Shown here: piece by piece, positions 1-10,036 of the stretch | Layout of the letters: every line of letters starts with the position of its first letter | Position numbering within the stretch: the stretch's first letter is position 1 | DNA from: a virus | DNA length: 64,000 bases | IMG/VR virus record: IMGVR_UViG_3300047168_000120 | Location: 1 to 64,000 of that record | Direction: 5' to 3' (one strand) | Made by a program: the position numbers and the translations under genes | Notes under the pieces: generated by a model | What the model was told of the DNA's origin: nothing | Database searches by the model: none | The model's input: only the letters and a program-made list of their open reading frames with translations

Positions 1-1817
1 TGCGGCGCACGCAGGCGATGATTAACCAGTCGATCCAGGAGATCGACAGCGCGGAAATCCTGCCCAGCCAGCAGATCCGGGACGCCCGCCAGGGCTCCCG
101 CCTGGTCCAGGGTCAGATCATGGGCCAACTCTCATGCCTGACTTATACCTCTATTTTCGCGAACCTGTTTCGCAACAGCTTTGTGAGTGGCGTGACCACG
201 GCCGGGCTGTCCGACAGCGTCGTCACCGTTTCATCGACTGCCGTTACAATCGGTTCGGCGTCTTCGAACTTTCTGACGCTCGGCTTCAAAGTCGGCGATG
301 GCATTTCGCTGGCTGGCTGCTCCGGCGCCCCGGCCGCGAATAATGGCGTCAATTTGCTGGTGACAGCGGTGACGGCGACCCTTCTTACCTGCGCGCCCCC
401 GCCGAACGGAAGCATTGTCGCTTATTCGTCTGGCCAGACCGGCGTTATCATATCGGTATCGGGCGCGAAGCTGACGGTCGCGAAAAGCTTTGCAAGCGCG
501 ACGACAACATCGCTCAGCTTCGAGAGCTGGTTTTCCGACATCAGCGTATCAGAGCTTGCGACCGGCTGCCGGATCAGCTCGATTGGCATTCAGGTTCCGC
601 CGTCTGGCTTCGTGACGACGACGATCAGTTTTACCGGGCAAAAGCTCGCTCAGAACAATACGCAGCAGCTTACGTCGCCGGCGGCCACGACCTCGACCAC
701 GAGCCTCACCGCAACCCAGGGCTTCTTGATGTTGTTTGGCGCGCCGGTGGCTTACATCACTGGATTCAACATTCAGATCGCGGCTTCGTCCGATACGCCG
801 GCAGTGCTCGGAACGCCTTACACGCCTGATATTTTTCGAGGAAATTTGAGTGGTTCTGGATCCTTCACAGCTTTGTTTGCTGGTGACGCGATCACATCCG
901 CGTTCCTGAACGAGACCGAGTTTCAGATTCAAATTTTCATGACTGACAGCAGCCTTCCAACCGCTGAATTTGTCAGCATATTCCTGCCGCGGGTAAAAAT
1001 CTTTACCGACAACAAGAATGACAATGATCGCCAAATCACGCGGTCCGTCAATTTCCGGTGCCTTGAGCAAGATATTCTGGGAGGTACCGGCACCGCCTAT
1101 GACGACACCACGATCACGATTCAAGATTCGCTTTACCAAACCAACAGCTTGTCGTTTGTTTCTGTGCCAGGAAGTGCCACCACTGGCAGCGCATCCCTAA
1201 CGATCACCGGTACCGTTTCGCCAGCATCGACCGCCGTGGTTATCGGTCTTTCCAGCAGCAATACGGCGCAGCCTGGGACGTTCCCGTACGGCGCAACGGT
1301 GACCGGGAATAATTGGACTGTAACTATCACGCCGCCCACTGTGGGCACATTCTATGCCTGGGGAGTCTCAGCGACGTCCGCTGTCGCAGTAAGTTCGGCG
1401 ATTACAATTTCAGCGGGCAGTTCAGCCCTGACCTGGACGATGATCAGTAGCAGCCCGACCGGCGCGGTCACGGCGATGATCAATTACAGCGGGCAGACCG
1501 GCATGAGCACCGTCATGACGCACGGATCATCCTATACCCCCGATGTACAAATGACGGTTGCTGGTGGTTCGTCGATCACCGCGACGGGATCGCAGTGCTG
1601 GTTCGACACGAGTGCGAGCAACACCAATCCAGCCGCGGGGACTGTGGTGTCTGGCACGCTGCAGAGCTGCGTCGGCACGCCAGGAGGGTCCATTGCGCTT
1701 TACAACGCCGGCACCGCGCCGGCCGCCGGCACCTATTATTTCAAGCAGTTGATCGTCGCGACAGGCACAAACGCCGGCAACTACATCTTCTCCTCCCAGG
1801 CGATCACGGTGAGCTGA
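1..1817 (+). CDS. Tail tube (major tail) protein paralogue 1 with a ~230-aa Ser/Thr-rich, probably Ig-like C-terminal extension; 5' end lies before the window
   Basis: Aligns along its length with 1900..3150 (ends ...YDDTTITIQDSL, then continues); lies upstream of the chaperone and tape measure genes. Confidence 0.75.
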   Translation, partial: RRTQAMINQSIQEIDSAEILPSQQIRDARQGSRLVQGQIMGQLSCLTYTSIFANLFRNSFVSGVTTAGLSDSVVTVSSTAVTIGSASSNFLTLGFKVGDGISLAGCSGAPAANNGVNLLVTAVTATLLTCAPPPNGSIVAYSSGQTGVIISVSGAKLTVAKSFASATTTSLSFESWFSDISVSELATGCRISSIGIQVPPSGFVTTTISFTGQKLAQNNTQQLTSPAATTSTTSLTATQGFLMLFGAPVAYITGFNIQIAASSDTPAVLGTPYTPDIFRGNLSGSGSFTALFAGDAITSAFLNETEFQIQIFMTDSSLPTAEFVSIFLPRVKIFTDNKNDNDRQITRSVNFRCLEQDILGGTGTAYDDTTITIQDSLYQTNSLSFVSVPGSATTGSASLTITGTVSPASTAVVIGLSSSNTAQPGTFPYGATVTGNNWTVTITPPTVGTFYAWGVSATSAVAVSSAITISAGSSALTWTMISSSPTGAVTAMINYSGQTGMSTVMTHGSSYTPDVQMTVAGGSSITATGSQCWFDTSASNTNPAAGTVVSGTLQSCVGTPGGSIALYNAGTAPAAGTYYFKQLIVATGTNAGNYIFSSQAITVS

Positions 1818-1899
1818 TGCCAGGGCAGTCCCTTAAGCAGCGCGGGCGACCAATGGCATCCACGGTTAGGCTTGAACAGGCATATCGAAAGGTCCTGCA

Positions 1900-3150
1900 A
1901 TGACGATCCCGACTATTGCACGTGGCGTAGCCAAAACCCTGGCATTTTTGCCTGAGACGACGTTTGGCACGGTGGGGACCGGCACGGCGCAGACGCTGCG
2001 GCGCACGCAGGCGATGATTAACCAGTCGATCCAGGAGATCGACAGCGCGGAAATCCTGCCCAGCCAGCAGATCCGGGACGCCCGCCAGGGCTCCCGCCTG
2101 GTCCAGGGTCAGATCATGGGCCAGCTGTCGTGCCTGACTTATGAAAAAATCTTCGCCAATCTGTTCCGTAACAGCTTCGCCTCGGGCGTGACGCGCACGA
2201 TGACCGATAGCGCCGTGACGGTGACCGGTACCGGAGCCGGCGCAGTCGTCACGATCAGCTCCGCCGCCTCAAACTTCCTTACCGTTGGGTTCAAGGTGGG
2301 CGACACGGTCACCCTCACGGGAAGCACCGGCGCCGCGACCGGAAACAATGCCGTGAATCTGCTGCTAACAGCAGTCACCGCGACCCTGTTAACGGCGGTT
2401 GTCCCTTCTGCCGGCGCGTCGATGACAGCATATGCATCGGGCCAAGCTTCCGTCACGGTGAGCGTGGTCGGCAAAAAGCTCATCATGCCCAGCAGCTATG
2501 CCACGGCCACCATCGGGTCCTTCAGTTTTGAAAGCTGGTATTCCGACATCAGCGTGTCAGAGTTGGCGACGGGTTGCCGCATCACGTCGATTGGGCTTCA
2601 GGTTCCGGCATCGGGCTTTGTCACCACGACGATTGGCTTTACCGGGCAGCAATTGAGCCAGTTCACGGTTCAGCAGCTGACCTCGCCGGCGGCAACGACT
2701 TCGACCACGAGCCTCACCGCGACCCAGGGGCTGCTTCTGCTTTTTGGCGCGCCGGTTGCCTATATCACCGGGTTCAACTTACAGATTTCAGCGGCCGCGG
2801 ATGCGCCGGCCGTTGTCGGCAGCCCTTACACGCCGAACATTTTCCTCGGCACCCTATCGGGCGCCGGCTCGATGACGGCGCTGTTCGCATCGGACGGCAT
2901 AACGTCGGCATTTCTGAACGAAACGGAATTCCAAATCGAGCTGTATCTGACTGACAGCAACGCGGCGAATGCCAATTTTATCAACGTCTTCCTGCCGCGC
3001 GTGAAGATCTTCTCGGACAATAAGAACGATACCGACAAGGAAATCACGCGGTCAATGAACTTCAAATGCCTGGAGCAGGATCTGCTCGGTGGCACCGGCC
3101 TTGCGTACGACGACACGACCGTCACGATCCAGGATAGCCTGGCGGTCTGA
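1900..3150 (+). CDS. Tail tube (major tail) protein paralogue 2
   Basis: 416 aa, N-term ..ETTFGT..QTLRRT typical of tail tube proteins; directly precedes the tail assembly chaperone. Confidence 0.75.
   Translation: MTIPTIARGVAKTLAFLPETTFGTVGTGTAQTLRRTQAMINQSIQEIDSAEILPSQQIRDARQGSRLVQGQIMGQLSCLTYEKIFANLFRNSFASGVTRTMTDSAVTVTGTGAGAVVTISSAASNFLTVGFKVGDTVTLTGSTGAATGNNAVNLLLTAVTATLLTAVVPSAGASMTAYASGQASVTVSVVGKKLIMPSSYATATIGSFSFESWYSDISVSELATGCRITSIGLQVPASGFVTTTIGFTGQQLSQFTVQQLTSPAATTSTTSLTATQGLLLLFGAPVAYITGFNLQISAAADAPAVVGSPYTPNIFLGTLSGAGSMTALFASDGITSAFLNETEFQIELYLTDSNAANANFINVFLPRVKIFSDNKNDTDKEITRSMNFKCLEQDLLGGTGLAYDDTTVTIQDSLAV
1997..2123 (+). repeat. 127-bp exact copy of positions 1..127, shared by the two tail-tube paralogues
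   Basis: tgcggcgcacgcaggcgatg...gatcatgggcca is identical in both; divergence starts at 128/2124. Confidence 0.9.
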
Positions 3151-3304
3151 TCTCACCGCTGGCGGTTGACTCGTCGGCGGTTGAGCGCCCGCTGGCCGGC
3201 GGGATGAGACGGCCCCGCCTGGGCAGCGGGGCCGTCGTCGTTTGAGGGGGCGACCAAGAGGTCCGGAAATCGCGCTGCCCAACTTTTCCTTGAAAGGACT
3301 GCCC

Positions 3305-3721
3305 ATGACTTTCGATCTTACCCAACTGGATACGCGCACGAAATCGGCGGCCGGCGTCCCGATGACGATCATCAACCCCAAGACCGGCGGCCCCGTGCTC
3401 GATAGTGATGGCAACCCGGTCACGATCACTTTGCGCGGCCGGAACAGCCAGGAGCACAAAAACGTTTTCCGCGTCATCCAGGATCGGCGCCTGGATCGCG
3501 CGGCGCGCGGCGTGCGTCTCACCGAAGATGAGCAGCGCCAGGAAGAAGCGGAATTTCTCACGGCGTTAACCGTTGATTGGACCTTCACCGAGCTGGACGG
3601 ACAGCCATTTCCTCCGACAGCCGAAAACTTTCGGAAATTCTGGATCGATGAGCGGTTCACCTGGATTCTCGAACAGGCGACGCGCTTTGCCGCGAATGAC
3701 GGCAATTTTTTGGCGACCTGA
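3305..3721 (+). CDS. Tail assembly chaperone (lambda gpG-like)
   Basis: ATG at 3305 after GAAAGGA; lies between tail tube and tape measure; ends ..DGNFLAT* over a slippery site. Confidence 0.8.
   Translation: MTFDLTQLDTRTKSAAGVPMTIINPKTGGPVLDSDGNPVTITLRGRNSQEHKNVFRVIQDRRLDRAARGVRLTEDEQRQEEAEFLTALTVDWTFTELDGQPFPPTAENFRKFWIDERFTWILEQATRFAANDGNFLAT
3706..3712 (+). other. Programmed -1 frameshift heptamer T TTT TTG (gpG/gpGT)
   Basis: X XXY YYZ in the gpG frame; the -1 frame reads GDLIPRLLWFAEREFRLGK-MQEDG.. without a stop into ORF 3769..4068. Confidence 0.85.
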
Positions 3722-4068
3722 TCCCGCGCCTTCTGTGGTTTGCCGAGCGCGAATTTCGCCTCGGCAAGATGCAGGAGGACGGCCACACTTTACGCGCTCA
3801 TTTCGCGGCGGTGCAGCGCATGACGGGTCGGCGTCATCCGGAAGACCGGCCCGCGTGCGACCTTCCGGCGTGCATCTCCTATCTCTGGACGTATTTTTGC
3901 GATGTGTCGGCCGGCCGGCCGTTCAGCCAGGTCGGCGCGCTTCCCATACCCGCGATCGAATTCAGGGCCTGGGAAGAAATCAACGAGATCAAGCTGCAAC
4001 GCTGGGAGCTTGGCGCGCTGCGTCAGCTCGACGCGGTTTATTTGAAGGTTTTGGCGTCCAAGGAATAA
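3713..4068 (+). CDS. gpT-like C-terminal part of the frameshifted tail chaperone
   Basis: Open -1 frame with YLWTYF..IPAIEFRAW..LQRWE..LRQLDAVYL motif; ends 4 nt before the tape measure ATG. Confidence 0.75.
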
Positions 4069-4072
4069 ATCA

Positions 4073-7000
4073 ATGACAGATGTGGCATCGCTTTCCTTTC
4101 AGATCGACACGTCGCAGGTGCCACCGGCCGTCGATCAGCTAAACAAGCTGACCGAGGCGTCTGATAAGGTCCGTGGATCGACGCGATTCCTGGTTTCCAG
4201 CTTTGGGGACAGCTCCGAGGCACTCATGCAGCTGGCGTCGACGGGACGCGCCAGCTTGGCATCTTTCGTCCAGATTTCCGAGAATTTGGACACGATCACC
4301 AGCCGTTTGTCGGCGCTGCGGATCGCCGCGGCCGACACGATTGGTACACTAGCTGGTCAGGGGCTTACGTCGGCCCTAACCACATTCCAGCAGCAGTTCG
4401 ACGCCATGAGCACGTTGTTTGGCACGTCGGCCGCCCAGCTCGAGGCGTTCAACAAGCAGGCGACCTACCTGGGCATGAACTCCTATCAGGTGACCTCCGC
4501 CCTGCAGCGCATCACGGAAGCAATGCAGAACATGACGCCGGCCGGCCAGGCGATCCGTGGCCTGTTGAACATGGAAGGCATCAGCACGTCGCAGAATGCC
4601 GGCCAAATCCTGCAGCAGGTGGTGCAATATGCCTCGTCGCACCAGCAGTCGCAGCAGGCGTATAATACCCTGCAAGCGATAACCGGCCCAATCGATCCTG
4701 CCACCTATGCCGCGCTGATGAATCAGCCGTATCGCACAATTGCGCAACGTAGACAGGAATTTATTGGGCAGACGCTTGACGTGCAAGGATCGCAGGCGGC
4801 CCAAATTGGGACGGAACTTGAATTTCGAAACCAGTACAATCGAGATGCGTACAGCGATGAAGCCGGATATCTTCGCTACGCGGTCAGGAACGACAGAACT
4901 GCGGGTTCGCGCGATTCATTGATCCAAATCATTCAGCGTCAAATAGATGCTGACAAAAAATCAGGTTCATTGAACGTACCTCAAGAACAGGAAATTCTAG
5001 CAACGCTTCAAGGGGCGCAGCCAGGCTCTCCGAACGCGATCTCAGCTGAAGCTCAGTTCGCGATTATGAATCCGAACAATCCGTTTTCGCGCAGCGCTTT
5101 AACACCATATGCCAACCAAGAATTGGCAGGCAATCCGATGACGGGTTTGCCAGCGTGGTGGCAGCGCTTTACGGACAAAGGATACCAGGCCGACAATCAA
5201 AACTATATCGCAGCCGCCTATGATCGGGCGCGCGGAAATGTGGACCCTGGATTTTTGGGGATTCCGGGGGCATTCAAAGATTTCGCGCTGAACACCGATG
5301 AGCTCACAGATATTTACGCGAACCGCCTTGGCCTATTTCACTTTCCTGACTCATCAAGCGACGATCCGGTCAGGCATCGCGGCCGGAACGGCGTGACTTA
5401 CTACACAGATCCATCGCTTTCTTCTGCTTTTGGCGCACCGAAATTACCAATAACCGGCGATACCGATAAGCCTTTTGGCAGCGCGGATCGCCTGCAGCAG
5501 GACCAATCCGACGCGGCAATTGCTCAGCAATTCGGCTATGGCGGCTTTTCCCAAGAGTTAGCGGCGCAGTCCAACGTCATCAATCTACAGTCTTCAGGCC
5601 CAAACAGTTACGGCGTGCAGCTCGGACGCCTGTTCGGCCAGCCGGAAGGCACCGCGATCCTCAACCAGCAAATTGGCGCGCAGCAGTTCATTGCCGGCAA
5701 TGCCGCAAGGCCGGGCTTTGACCAGCTTCAACAACTCGACGCTGCGGGCTTTGTCGCCGATCAAGGGATCGGCACGGAAAAGGCCCAGGCACTTGTGCAA
5801 TACGCACAGAGCCTGGGCCTTGATCCTGGTCGCTGGCTTACAGGCGGCGCCGGTGGCGCGCCGTTGACGAGCCAACAGGTGATGGCCGGTAGTGGGCCGC
5901 CCGGCGCGGCGCTGACGCCGGGGCAACAGGCAGCTTTCCAGAATATCTGGTCTCAGACCTTGTCCAACACCGCCGCTGGGCAAGCCTCCCTGTTTCAGAA
6001 CCAGCAGCAACAGGCTCAAGCCACGCTCGGCGCGGCTGGATCTGCGGCCGGTGCCGGCGATTATCAGGCGCAAGCAGCAGGGATACAGGCCTTCTACGAA
6101 TCCATGCAAAAGACCGGCGATGCCTCGATCGCTGCCAAAGCGAGAATCGACGCCTATACGATGGCGCTGGAGGCGCAGCAGGCCACTGCGGAACGCGCCA
6201 CCAAGCAGCTCCAGGAACAGAACGACCAGCAGGACAAATCGCTTGCTGCCACCGGCTCGGCGCTCTCGGGCGGCGCGCCTGGCGCCTACGGCGCGGCTTC
6301 GGCCGAAAACGACATCCTTGCGCAGATGGCACAGTTTCGGAGTGATTATCCGAAAGGCGATGCCAACGCCCATGAGACGCAGATTCGTCGCCAGCAGCAG
6401 GACAACCTGATCGCCAGCGCGCAGGATGCCCAGGCGCAGGCGCAGACCCAGATGTTTTCGTCGCAAGCGACACTCGCTACCTTTGGCCAGGGAAGCGACG
6501 CGCGCAATCGCGCCCAGACCGAGCTGGACTTTGCCGCGCAGCTGCAAACCGCGACAGGCGACACCAAAACCGCCCTCGAAAATGCGATCGACAGCATTGT
6601 CCAGTTCAAGGATCGCCTCGATGACACGAACCGATCCCTGGATGATCTCCAGGGCGCGCTTAGCGGTTATACTCAGGGCGGCGCATATGATGCTGCCATG
6701 AGTGCGCCCCCTGGTCAGCAGGATGCCGTTATGGCGGCATATCGAGCAAAGGCTGGCGTGCTTAGCTCAACAGATCCTTTTGCCATGCTGCCGCCGGCCG
6801 GAAAGGCGGCAATGGCGCCTTTCATGCCGCAGATCGATTCTTCCGTTCAGCATGCTGGCCTGCCTCCGTCGGCAGCCTCTTTCATTGGTGCAGATGCGTA
6901 TTTGGAAAGCTCTGGCGACCCTACAAACCGCAACGGTCAAGCCGTCGGACTTGGTCAATTTGAGCCGACAACCGCTCAAGCATACCGCCTCATGGGGAAG

Positions 7001-8764
7001 GGATACGATTATCGCACAGATCCCGGCAAGTCCATCGACGCGATGGTGTCCTATTACAAGGATCTGATGACCAATTCTGGCGGAAGCTGGTCAAATCCGT
7101 CTGACAGGCTGAAGGTTTCCGCAGATTATGGGACAATCCCACATAGCTTAGGCTCAGGAGATGTAGCCGCAGGCGGCGCGGTCTATGGGGTGACCGAAGG
7201 CCAAAAATACCAAGCCCAGCAAATGTCCTTTGCCTCCCAATCCCAGGAGGCGCAGCTCAATGCAGAGTTGCCATTCTTAAGGTTGGGTCAGACAGGATAT
7301 GCCAGCTTGGCCGGGGCGTCCGTCGTGAACCCCAACACGCCTGATCCCGAAAAGCAGGCGACACTTTTGGCTCAGCAGGTAGCGGCCATTGATCAGCTTG
7401 CGCGTGCCGCGGCGAGCCTGGCTGCGGATACCTCGATCAAAACCAGTGATGCACAGACATTGGCGACGGCCTATGTTCAGGGGCCGGACGCTGCCGTGGC
7501 GGCGAATGCGCAAGTCCAAGCCGACGCCGCAAAGCGTCAACTCGGATCAGCATACAATCCCAACACGTACCAAAATGATCTGGACGCTGCCGCTGCACAG
7601 GCGAATCAGTCGGCCGCCCAGACCATTGAGGAAAGCAACATCTCGAATTCAGTGGCCATGCAACGCCTGCAGAATAACCGCATCGTCAATCCCTATCAGC
7701 GCATTGCGGCGAACGAGCAATACACGCCCGAGCAAATCGACCAGATGGTTCCGATCTCCAAAGATATGTCGGAATCTGCCAAAGCGACTGCGCAGGCAAT
7801 GCGGGATCAACTCGAGGCCACCAGACAGACGGCCGCGCAGCTCGATGTCGTCACCGCCAAGCAGCAAGAAGTCTCGCAAGGGATGGGCCAGATCGGTTCC
7901 GAGGTCGAAGGCACCCTCGGAAATCTGGTATTCTCCTATCAGCATGGCCCCGGCGCCGGCCGGTACGCGCAGCAGCAGGTTTCCAACCTGTTGGGGCAGG
8001 CTGGGCGCTCCCTTTTCAATACCGTGATCGGCAATCCGATCAGCGACTTTGTGCAGGGCAACCTGAGCAACGCTGTGAACTATCTGACCGGGAACGAGCC
8101 TACGACTGCTCCTGGATCGGGGCAGTCTGGAACCGACACAGGAACAGGCGGTGGCACGTCTGGATCGTCCCGAACTCTGGGTGGCATCGGCAGCATGCTC
8201 GGCAGCACGGGCGAAAACATGCTTCTCACTGACGGCCTGAAATCACTCGGGGCCTATCTTTTTAGCTCGCCTGCCGTATTCAGCACATCGGCATTGATTG
8301 CGCACCAGGGTGCAACCCTTGGCGCCGACGCGGCATTGTCATCGTCGCCAGGGCTTCTTTCTGAACTCGGGACTTTTTTCTCGAGCATCTTCGCCACCGG
8401 CGGCGCCGTCTCCAAGGGCGTCCGCATACCGTTCGCCGCCGGCGACGTTTTCACGGATCCCACATCCATGCCAATGGCGCTTCTTGGCGAAGCTGGGCCG
8501 GAGGCGATTATGCCGCTGCGCCGAGGCGCGGACGGAAAGCTTGGGGTTGCCGCGCCGGGCGGCGCAGTTGGCGGGGGCGGCACAACCTTCACGATCAATG
8601 CGCCGATCACTGTAGGCTCGAACGCGCTCGGGTCAGGCGGTCAGATGAGCCCGGCTCAGCAGCGAAGCCTGCAGCGCCAATTCCACCAAACCCTGAAAAG
8701 CGCAACCCAGTCCGTGATCGCCGAGCAAAGCCGGCCTGGCGGCATGGTCCAGCCGCAGAGCTGA
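4073..8764 (+). CDS. Tape measure protein with an embedded lytic transglycosylase-like domain
   Basis: 1563 aa, Ala/Gln-rich; LESSG..AVGLGQFEPTTA (SLT-like motifs); C-term FATGG..LGEAGPEAIMPLRRGADGKLGV. Confidence 0.9.
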   Translation: MTDVASLSFQIDTSQVPPAVDQLNKLTEASDKVRGSTRFLVSSFGDSSEALMQLASTGRASLASFVQISENLDTITSRLSALRIAAADTIGTLAGQGLTSALTTFQQQFDAMSTLFGTSAAQLEAFNKQATYLGMNSYQVTSALQRITEAMQNMTPAGQAIRGLLNMEGISTSQNAGQILQQVVQYASSHQQSQQAYNTLQAITGPIDPATYAALMNQPYRTIAQRRQEFIGQTLDVQGSQAAQIGTELEFRNQYNRDAYSDEAGYLRYAVRNDRTAGSRDSLIQIIQRQIDADKKSGSLNVPQEQEILATLQGAQPGSPNAISAEAQFAIMNPNNPFSRSALTPYANQELAGNPMTGLPAWWQRFTDKGYQADNQNYIAAAYDRARGNVDPGFLGIPGAFKDFALNTDELTDIYANRLGLFHFPDSSSDDPVRHRGRNGVTYYTDPSLSSAFGAPKLPITGDTDKPFGSADRLQQDQSDAAIAQQFGYGGFSQELAAQSNVINLQSSGPNSYGVQLGRLFGQPEGTAILNQQIGAQQFIAGNAARPGFDQLQQLDAAGFVADQGIGTEKAQALVQYAQSLGLDPGRWLTGGAGGAPLTSQQVMAGSGPPGAALTPGQQAAFQNIWSQTLSNTAAGQASLFQNQQQQAQATLGAAGSAAGAGDYQAQAAGIQAFYESMQKTGDASIAAKARIDAYTMALEAQQATAERATKQLQEQNDQQDKSLAATGSALSGGAPGAYGAASAENDILAQMAQFRSDYPKGDANAHETQIRRQQQDNLIASAQDAQAQAQTQMFSSQATLATFGQGSDARNRAQTELDFAAQLQTATGDTKTALENAIDSIVQFKDRLDDTNRSLDDLQGALSGYTQGGAYDAAMSAPPGQQDAVMAAYRAKAGVLSSTDPFAMLPPAGKAAMAPFMPQIDSSVQHAGLPPSAASFIGADAYLESSGDPTNRNGQAVGLGQFEPTTAQAYRLMGKGYDYRTDPGKSIDAMVSYYKDLMTNSGGSWSNPSDRLKVSADYGTIPHSLGSGDVAAGGAVYGVTEGQKYQAQQMSFASQSQEAQLNAELPFLRLGQTGYASLAGASVVNPNTPDPEKQATLLAQQVAAIDQLARAAASLAADTSIKTSDAQTLATAYVQGPDAAVAANAQVQADAAKRQLGSAYNPNTYQNDLDAAAAQANQSAAQTIEESNISNSVAMQRLQNNRIVNPYQRIAANEQYTPEQIDQMVPISKDMSESAKATAQAMRDQLEATRQTAAQLDVVTAKQQEVSQGMGQIGSEVEGTLGNLVFSYQHGPGAGRYAQQQVSNLLGQAGRSLFNTVIGNPISDFVQGNLSNAVNYLTGNEPTTAPGSGQSGTDTGTGGGTSGSSRTLGGIGSMLGSTGENMLLTDGLKSLGAYLFSSPAVFSTSALIAHQGATLGADAALSSSPGLLSELGTFFSSIFATGGAVSKGVRIPFAAGDVFTDPTSMPMALLGEAGPEAIMPLRRGADGKLGVAAPGGAVGGGGTTFTINAPITVGSNALGSGGQMSPAQQRSLQRQFHQTLKSATQSVIAEQSRPGGMVQPQS

Positions 8765-8767
8765 TCG

Positions 8768-9106
8768 ATGACTTATCCGACATTCGCGCCGCCGTTCCCT
8801 CCGCTGGAGCCTATCGAGGAAACACGGACGCTCAGATTGATCAATGCCACGTTTGGGGACGGCTATGCGCAAAGGACTGTCGACGGCTCGGAGCCGGAAT
8901 CATCAGCGGTTCAGCTAACGTTTGAACCGTTATCGATCTCGCAATTACAGTCGATCGTGAGTTTTTTGAGGTCTAACGCGGGATCGCCGATAACATACGC
9001 CCTTCCAACTGATGGCGTCTCACGCGATTGGGTCGCGACCATGTGGACGCCCACCAGGAACGAAACCAGCTATAGCTTACAGATCACGTTGGCACCGGCT
9101 CCATGA
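8768..9106 (+). CDS. Distal tail protein (lambda gpM-like), copy 1
   Basis: 112 aa, FGDGYAQR motif, follows the tape measure. Confidence 0.8.
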   Translation: MTYPTFAPPFPPLEPIEETRTLRLINATFGDGYAQRTVDGSEPESSAVQLTFEPLSISQLQSIVSFLRSNAGSPITYALPTDGVSRDWVATMWTPTRNETSYSLQITLAPAP

Positions 9107-9447
9107 CATATCCGTCTTTTTACCCTCCCAAAAATCCGCAATATCCGCTGGACATTACGAACCAGCCAAGGTTGATTCAGTCGCAATTGGGGCCAGGAGA
9201 TTCGGCGTATAGCCCTGACGGCATCAACGTTACCCTACTTTCCACGACGCTGAAATTTGAGCCGCTGGCGCAGGCCGAGTACAATGCGATCGACACGTTT
9301 TTCACCACGTATATTGGTCAGCCGTTTTTTTACACGCTGCCGGATGAAGCGACGCCGCGGTTGTGGTTGGCGTCGAGCCGCGTTAGGCGGGCAAAGGCCA
9401 CGACCTGGGGATATGAAGTATCGATTTCTGAGCAGCCAATCATTTAA
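9103..9447 (+). CDS. gpM-like paralogue, copy 2
   Basis: Collinear similarity to copy 1 (MTYP.F.PP, RLI, DG, L.FEPL, Y.LP, W); ATGA overlap. Confidence 0.7.
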   Translation: MTYPSFYPPKNPQYPLDITNQPRLIQSQLGPGDSAYSPDGINVTLLSTTLKFEPLAQAEYNAIDTFFTTYIGQPFFYTLPDEATPRLWLASSRVRRAKATTWGYEVSISEQPII

Positions 9448-9457
9448 GGCTGGCGAC

Positions 9458-9808
9458 TTATTGTTGAACGCAGATAGCCGATTGCAGTTCGAGAAACATT
9501 TGGCTCACCCCTATATAATCAATCCGGGCAGCTTCGGATTGGCCGGGAAGGTGATACATATCGTAATCAAATGTGTCGCGTGATTTGAGAAGCATATCAG
9601 AAGCTTTGGCCATCAAGGTTTGCCATCCGTCCTGGCAATCTTGCTCGGTTGAAAAAGACCTCCAGATAAAACCGGGCGCCCCGTTGTCGACCAAAATCCA
9701 CTCGCCTTTTTGTATCACTTGCTGAGCATTTGCGACAGCCGGAGCAAAAAACAAAAGGGCTAAAATCAGCCTGAATTTGAGCAATTCGATCTCCGCATTC
9801 GAGTGCAA
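9458..9808 (-). CDS. Hypothetical secreted protein (moron); start uncertain
   Basis: Signal-peptide-like LILALLFFAPAVANA; opposite strand within the tail operon. Confidence 0.55.
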   Translation of the reverse strand: MHSNAEIELLKFRLILALLFFAPAVANAQQVIQKGEWILVDNGAPGFIWRSFSTEQDCQDGWQTLMAKASDMLLKSRDTFDYDMYHLPGQSEAARIDYIGVSQMFLELQSAICVQQ

Positions 9809-9822
9809 ACCACATTCTAATG

Positions 9823-10011
9823 TTATTTTTTGGAGGTTTGCAACCTTTTGGTGAGTGCTGTTGGTGATGCCTGCAACCCGATTTCGATGAGCCGGCGGAT
9901 GGCTTCGGCACGTGATGGTAGGTCGTCCTGCATTCGGCGCCAGTCATCCACTCGCTTCAGGAACCCTTCCGTGGTCCGCATCTGGAAGAGCTTATCGTTC
10001 TTTAAAACCAT
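9823..10011 (-). CDS. Ribbon-helix-helix (Arc/CopG-like) DNA-binding protein
   Basis: FQMR..FLKRVDDWRR..PSRAEAIRRLIE pattern. Confidence 0.75.
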   Translation of the reverse strand: MVLKNDKLFQMRTTEGFLKRVDDWRRMQDDLPSRAEAIRRLIEIGLQASPTALTKRLQTSKK

Positions 10012-10018
10012 GCAAGGT

Positions 10019-10036
10019 TGTAATAAATGTATTACA
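10019..10036. promoter_or_regulatory. Inverted repeat TGTAATA-N4-TATTACA, candidate RHH autoregulatory operator
   Basis: Perfect 7-bp arms just upstream of the RHH ATG in an AT-rich intergenic region. Confidence 0.45.

Noticed and set aside
3790-3803. Self-target for the first TIGR unit (TTACGCGCT present in the chaperone gene)
   Set aside because: Only spacer A matches and the adjacent bases do not give a full spacer B site; a single 9-mer hit is expected by chance in 64 kb.
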